Positions 55,202 through 58,855 of a stretch of 58,855 nt of DNA are shown here, piece by piece. Below the pieces are notes generated by a model that was not told the DNA's origin, searched no databases, and saw only the letters and a list, made by a program, of their open reading frames with translations. Both the position numbers and the translations under genes were made by a program. How positions within the stretch are numbered: position 1 is the stretch's first letter; every line of letters begins with the position of its first letter. This DNA is from a virus (lineage: Duplodnaviria > Caudoviricetes). The DNA lies in IMG/VR virus record IMGVR_UViG_3300034111_001673, positions 1 to 58,855 of that record. One strand, 5' to 3'.

Positions 55202-57542
55202 AAATAATCTCCTCTTTTTCTGGTGTGGATGAAATTTGCGATCTTAGAGCTTCTACTTGTGCCTTTAACTCAGCTTCTTTTGCCTTGTACTCAAGCTTTA
55301 GTAGTTCAAGCTCGTTCTTAGTACTCATTTCCTGTTCCTTGGTTAACGTGTCTATTACTTTTTCTTTCTCGTTTAACTGGAGCTTTAAAAGTTCAATCTG
55401 ATATTTCTGCTCAGCAAGTTGTTGTTGTTCATTAACTTTTAATTCAGCTAAATACTTCTCTTGTTCCAGTTTTTCCTTATCAAGCTCGATACTCATTTGC
55501 GTCTTATAGCCGTCAGCTTCAATATTTAAGTGAGCTAGACGTTCTTTTGACTCTACTTCAAGTTTTCGTTGCTCAATGTCAGCAATCTGTACCTGTAATG
55601 CCGGGTCTATAGGTTGTTGTTCCTGCTGTTCTTGCGGTGGTGGTTCGGGAAGTAGTATCTTATCAATGTCCTTAATCCCTAGGGCTTGATATACTTTTAA
55701 ATATACTTCTCGCATGTTATGTAGCTCAGGGCTACTGCTAGCTAACTTTAAAATACTTTCTGCCTTGATTATTCTCTGCGTAGAAGATTCAACAGAAGGA
55801 TCAGATACGGGAATGACCTTTAAACTCTCTTTATCTAGAGGTAGCGTGCTAAGATTGAACATTTTATAAAAGAGCTGTAGCTCGGTGCTAAAGCTACTAT
55901 GGACTGTTCTCATTATTGCCGATTGCATCCGATTGGATACTTCAAGCAAGGCAATCGTAGTACCGACAGGTGTATTCTGATTATTTTCAGTAAGTCCCAT
56001 CTCTGTTGCGGAGGCTAGCTCCTGTGTTTGAGCAGTTATCCGGTTAATATATTCAAGCAAAGCTGGCGATGGTCCATTATAAGGAAGAGGCATGATTGAA
56101 TCACGCAAGGACAAATTACCGGTTTCAACAGTTACGAATTGACCAGGTAATATATTCAAATCATTATTAGTAGTTTTTATTCCCTTAGCCTTCATCCCTC
56201 CCGGGAAATTCTGGAAAATAGCTGCATCAATCGCCATTTGCTGCATGGAAGTTAAGCTCTTTGAATTAGAGCCAAGTATTTGAGCAAGCCCCAGTCCAAA
56301 AACATCAAACCCGGGGAATAAATTATAATGAATGAAGCAGTTAATCCTTGTTTTAGTTGGATCGTTTTCATCCCAGTTTGGCGTAAGTGATACGATCTGA
56401 TTACTGCTGCCGCATCTGGTAATAACATAAGGTAATGGTATACTATAGTCCTCAGATGCATTGTTATTGTCAAAAAAATCATTCAAAACCAGATATTCGT
56501 GCGTCTCATAAAAAGGAAAACGGGAATTTGTTGGGTCTACCTGTTTTGGTTTCAAATCGTCCGTTGCTTCTTCTCCATCGCTGCTACCTACACTATCTAG
56601 GTAATCAAGATCAACTTTTGAAAATATCCCGCTTTGCATGTTAAAAAGGATTTCTCTTTTAGAGAGGTATCTAATATGAGTTAGACGATTTGATTCGGTA
56701 ATACTTGAGCAGTTATTATCAAATAAAAAGTCCTCAGGCATGATAAACCTACTTAAGGGCTTACCTGTAATAGAGTCATAGTAGATTTTACGAAATACAC
56801 ACCCATATAAAATTAAGTACAATAAGAACCGATCGTAGTCTGGATAAAAACCCTTATCTTCTACTGTTAAGTACTCATTTAAAGCATCCCTAACCATCTC
56901 GCCTTTTAATTCGTAATCTTCGCTAACACTAACATCAGTCCTAAATCCTACAGGACCGGTTGAGGGGAGTAACTCGGAGCGAAGAGTTGCCCAGAGCCGG
57001 AGCACGCTGCTAGAGAAAGTAGTATCGTAAGTCTTAACCTGGGCAGCGTTTCCAATGGAAGAATTGGATTTAGATTTGACATTATTTGGGTCTTGTATTT
57101 CCTCAATTTTAAAGCCAAGTAAGGTTTTAGCCTTTTCAATTATATCAAGCCATGGTGCGCGGTTTTTAGTATCTTTTTCTGTTACCTCTTCTAAGTAAGC
57201 AGCGATTTTATCTCTGACGCTTTCCGGTATATCATCCGCAAAGTTACTATTAAAGGTAGCATCCGGAGGTGCTAATTCTTCGCCCTTCTTATCTATACGT
57301 GATAAGATTTGATCTTCTAGGGAAATAAGTGCTTCTTCTTCCGGTAAAACCGGTTCATCTAAACTACCTGTTTCTTGTGGTAGGATTTGTTCTTCCATCG
57401 GCATTTCTTGAGTCAAATTTAGAAATTCAGGCTCAAGGTTCTCGGTAACAGATAAATCGGGGATAACCTTATCCCTTTTCTTCCGTCTTTTCCTCATGCT
57501 ATCTAATCTCGCCTCTTTCAAGGCTCTACTTCCTACTGCCAT
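55194..57542 (-). CDS. Portal protein (P22-like, long C-terminal helix)
   Basis: Follows TerL; ELLP..GPV, G..FRK.YYD, PVGTTIALLE, IPVSDP. Confidence 0.85.
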   Translation of the reverse strand: MAVGSRALKEARLDSMRKRRKKRDKVIPDLSVTENLEPEFLNLTQEMPMEEQILPQETGSLDEPVLPEEEALISLEDQILSRIDKKGEELAPPDATFNSNFADDIPESVRDKIAAYLEEVTEKDTKNRAPWLDIIEKAKTLLGFKIEEIQDPNNVKSKSNSSIGNAAQVKTYDTTFSSSVLRLWATLRSELLPSTGPVGFRTDVSVSEDYELKGEMVRDALNEYLTVEDKGFYPDYDRFLLYLILYGCVFRKIYYDSITGKPLSRFIMPEDFLFDNNCSSITESNRLTHIRYLSKREILFNMQSGIFSKVDLDYLDSVGSSDGEEATDDLKPKQVDPTNSRFPFYETHEYLVLNDFFDNNNASEDYSIPLPYVITRCGSSNQIVSLTPNWDENDPTKTRINCFIHYNLFPGFDVFGLGLAQILGSNSKSLTSMQQMAIDAAIFQNFPGGMKAKGIKTTNNDLNILPGQFVTVETGNLSLRDSIMPLPYNGPSPALLEYINRITAQTQELASATEMGLTENNQNTPVGTTIALLEVSNRMQSAIMRTVHSSFSTELQLFYKMFNLSTLPLDKESLKVIPVSDPSVESSTQRIIKAESILKLASSSPELHNMREVYLKVYQALGIKDIDKILLPEPPPQEQQEQQPIDPALQVQIADIEQRKLEVESKERLAHLNIEADGYKTQMSIELDKEKLEQEKYLAELKVNEQQQLAEQKYQIELLKLQLNEKEKVIDTLTKEQEMSTKNELELLKLEYKAKEAELKAQVEALRSQISSTPEKEEIIYG

Positions 57543-58855
57543 TAGTATAATTTCCTAGGTTTAGTAATTGTCTCATCTTCCTTAACATCACTTGTATGAA
57601 TTAAAGTATCAAAGTCTCGGAGGTATAAAATTGTTTGCGTCATCGAATCAACCAAATCCTTTGATTCCCCATTTGGAAAAGTTATCACTGTTTCTAAAAA
57701 CTCTTCAGCGAACGGAGTTAGCCTTTCAGGATTTTTCTCTTCAGTCGGTAAATAAATAAGTCCGCACTCAATAAGAGGCGCTGCTCTCTGTACTCTTGCA
57801 TTCTTATCGCCTTTTGGGGTGTAGCCTATAGCAGGAACTCCTCCAAGCCTTAGATCACGTATTAAAGGATCGCCCGTTGCCTTTGCTTCTATTAAACAAC
57901 AATCAACAGTTCTTTGAGCCGGCATTGGGTTTTTATGCTCGCCGGTATCCTTATAATCTTTGGCTAAGCGCTGAGCCTTGCTTCGGAGCTCTGGATATCC
58001 TACACGACCCCGCCAACTAGAGAGTAGCATCATCCTAAATAACTCATCCTCGGATTTCTCGCCCCAAACTCCCCACGTAGTACAGGCAGAATAGGCCGCT
58101 GTCGGCTCATCGGAAATTGCCGTATCCCAGCTTTGCAATATGTAATCAAATTTAGGCTTAATAGGGCTAGTCCAGGACTTAAACCATTTTTTCTTGATTA
58201 TTCCGCCGCCAATTGGAGATGGTCTTTGCTGACACTGCCCAGCATATCCATAAGAGCCGAGTAACTTCTTTAATTCACTGACTTGCTTCTCACCAAAGCG
58301 TAAGTCATTAATTACTTCTCCTTCTTTGTTTCTGGGGTCTTCCCAAATAACCTGATCTATGCCAAGCGGCACGGTAATACACTTGCGCTTTTCTTCAAAT
58401 TCTAGCGGCAGCACTAATTCTACCCAATCACCCTCGCTGTCATTCTTTCTGATATAACCGGTTAGATCGTTCTCATGCGTTCTTTGCTGGACAACTATTC
58501 GGCAGTCATTAGCCGGGTTATTTGAACGCGTAGACATTCTTTGCGTCCACCAGTTAATTACGTTCTCTCTTTTGATTTCAGATAAGTCCCCTGGGTCGTT
58601 AGGGTCATCAATAATAATGATTGAACCGCCTTTACCGACAGTTTTAGATACTACGCTTGTTGATTGCCTATATCCTGTTTTGGTATTCTGGAAAAAGCTT
58701 TTAACGTTCTGGTCTCTAAGAAGAGGGAATCTATATCCCCAATTATCCTGATACCAGCTACTTTCGAGTAATGATCTATTCTTCTGTGCATGCTCAAGAC
58801 TTAAGGAATTAACGCAGGAAACAGTTAAAAACCGCTCACTAGGGTTATGTATCCA
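57542..58855 (-). CDS. terL: Terminase large subunit, C-terminal part
   Basis: IIIIDDP, QQRP.P.GG, QSWDTA, IEAKATG, K.AR, FPNG...DLVDSMTQ. Confidence 0.93.
   Translation of the reverse strand, partial: WIHNPSERFLTVSCVNSLSLEHAQKNRSLLESSWYQDNWGYRFPLLRDQNVKSFFQNTKTGYRQSTSVVSKTVGKGGSIIIIDDPNDPGDLSEIKRENVINWWTQRMSTRSNNPANDCRIVVQQRTHENDLTGYIRKNDSEGDWVELVLPLEFEEKRKCITVPLGIDQVIWEDPRNKEGEVINDLRFGEKQVSELKKLLGSYGYAGQCQQRPSPIGGGIIKKKWFKSWTSPIKPKFDYILQSWDTAISDEPTAAYSACTTWGVWGEKSEDELFRMMLLSSWRGRVGYPELRSKAQRLAKDYKDTGEHKNPMPAQRTVDCCLIEAKATGDPLIRDLRLGGVPAIGYTPKGDKNARVQRAAPLIECGLIYLPTEEKNPERLTPFAEEFLETVITFPNGESKDLVDSMTQTILYLRDFDTLIHTSDVKEDETITKPRKLY
58729..58855. repeat. Terminal direct repeat (copy of 1..127)
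   Basis: Exact match. Confidence 0.95.

Noticed and set aside
1-58855. tRNA or rRNA genes; ankyrin or cif-type genes
   Set aside because: None recognised by eye; tRNAscan-SE and HMM searches would be needed to exclude them formally

Overview
This window appears to be a complete circular replicon of about 58.7 kb. Bases 1-127 are identical to 58729-58855, and the terminase large subunit reads in frame across that junction. It is an AT-rich phage-plasmid. It carries a full podovirus-like virion module (TerL, portal, GroES, scaffold, Mu gpT-like capsid, adaptors, nozzle, fibres, ejection proteins) but no integrase. Plasmid maintenance genes include ParA plus an RHH partner, a serine resolvase, MazF-type and VapC-type toxin-antitoxin pairs, and two paralogous replication initiators, one with internal 22-bp-periodic iterons. 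Cargo genes (porin, HU, ProP-like MFS transporter, opacity-like OMP, patatin, effector-like proteins) suggest a Rickettsiaceae-type endosymbiont host; this is inference. The most unusual signals are six. (i) Short structural-protein segments are copied onto other proteins: the scaffold C-terminal motif sits on an HNH-AP2 nuclease, and the capsid N-terminus sits on an unannotated lysine-rich 44-aa peptide, suggesting capsid 'address tags'. (ii) A fixed-geometry repeat/hairpin array lies in the capsid operon leader. (iii) A tail-fibre motif is split twice at the same residue across gene boundaries. (iv) One cargo protein has tandem dynein-LC8-like motifs. (v) The C5 methyltransferase has a second reading frame nested inside it. 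(vi) An intact IS1595-family element carries an HNH passenger gene. All product calls come from motif recognition by eye; no database searches were run.
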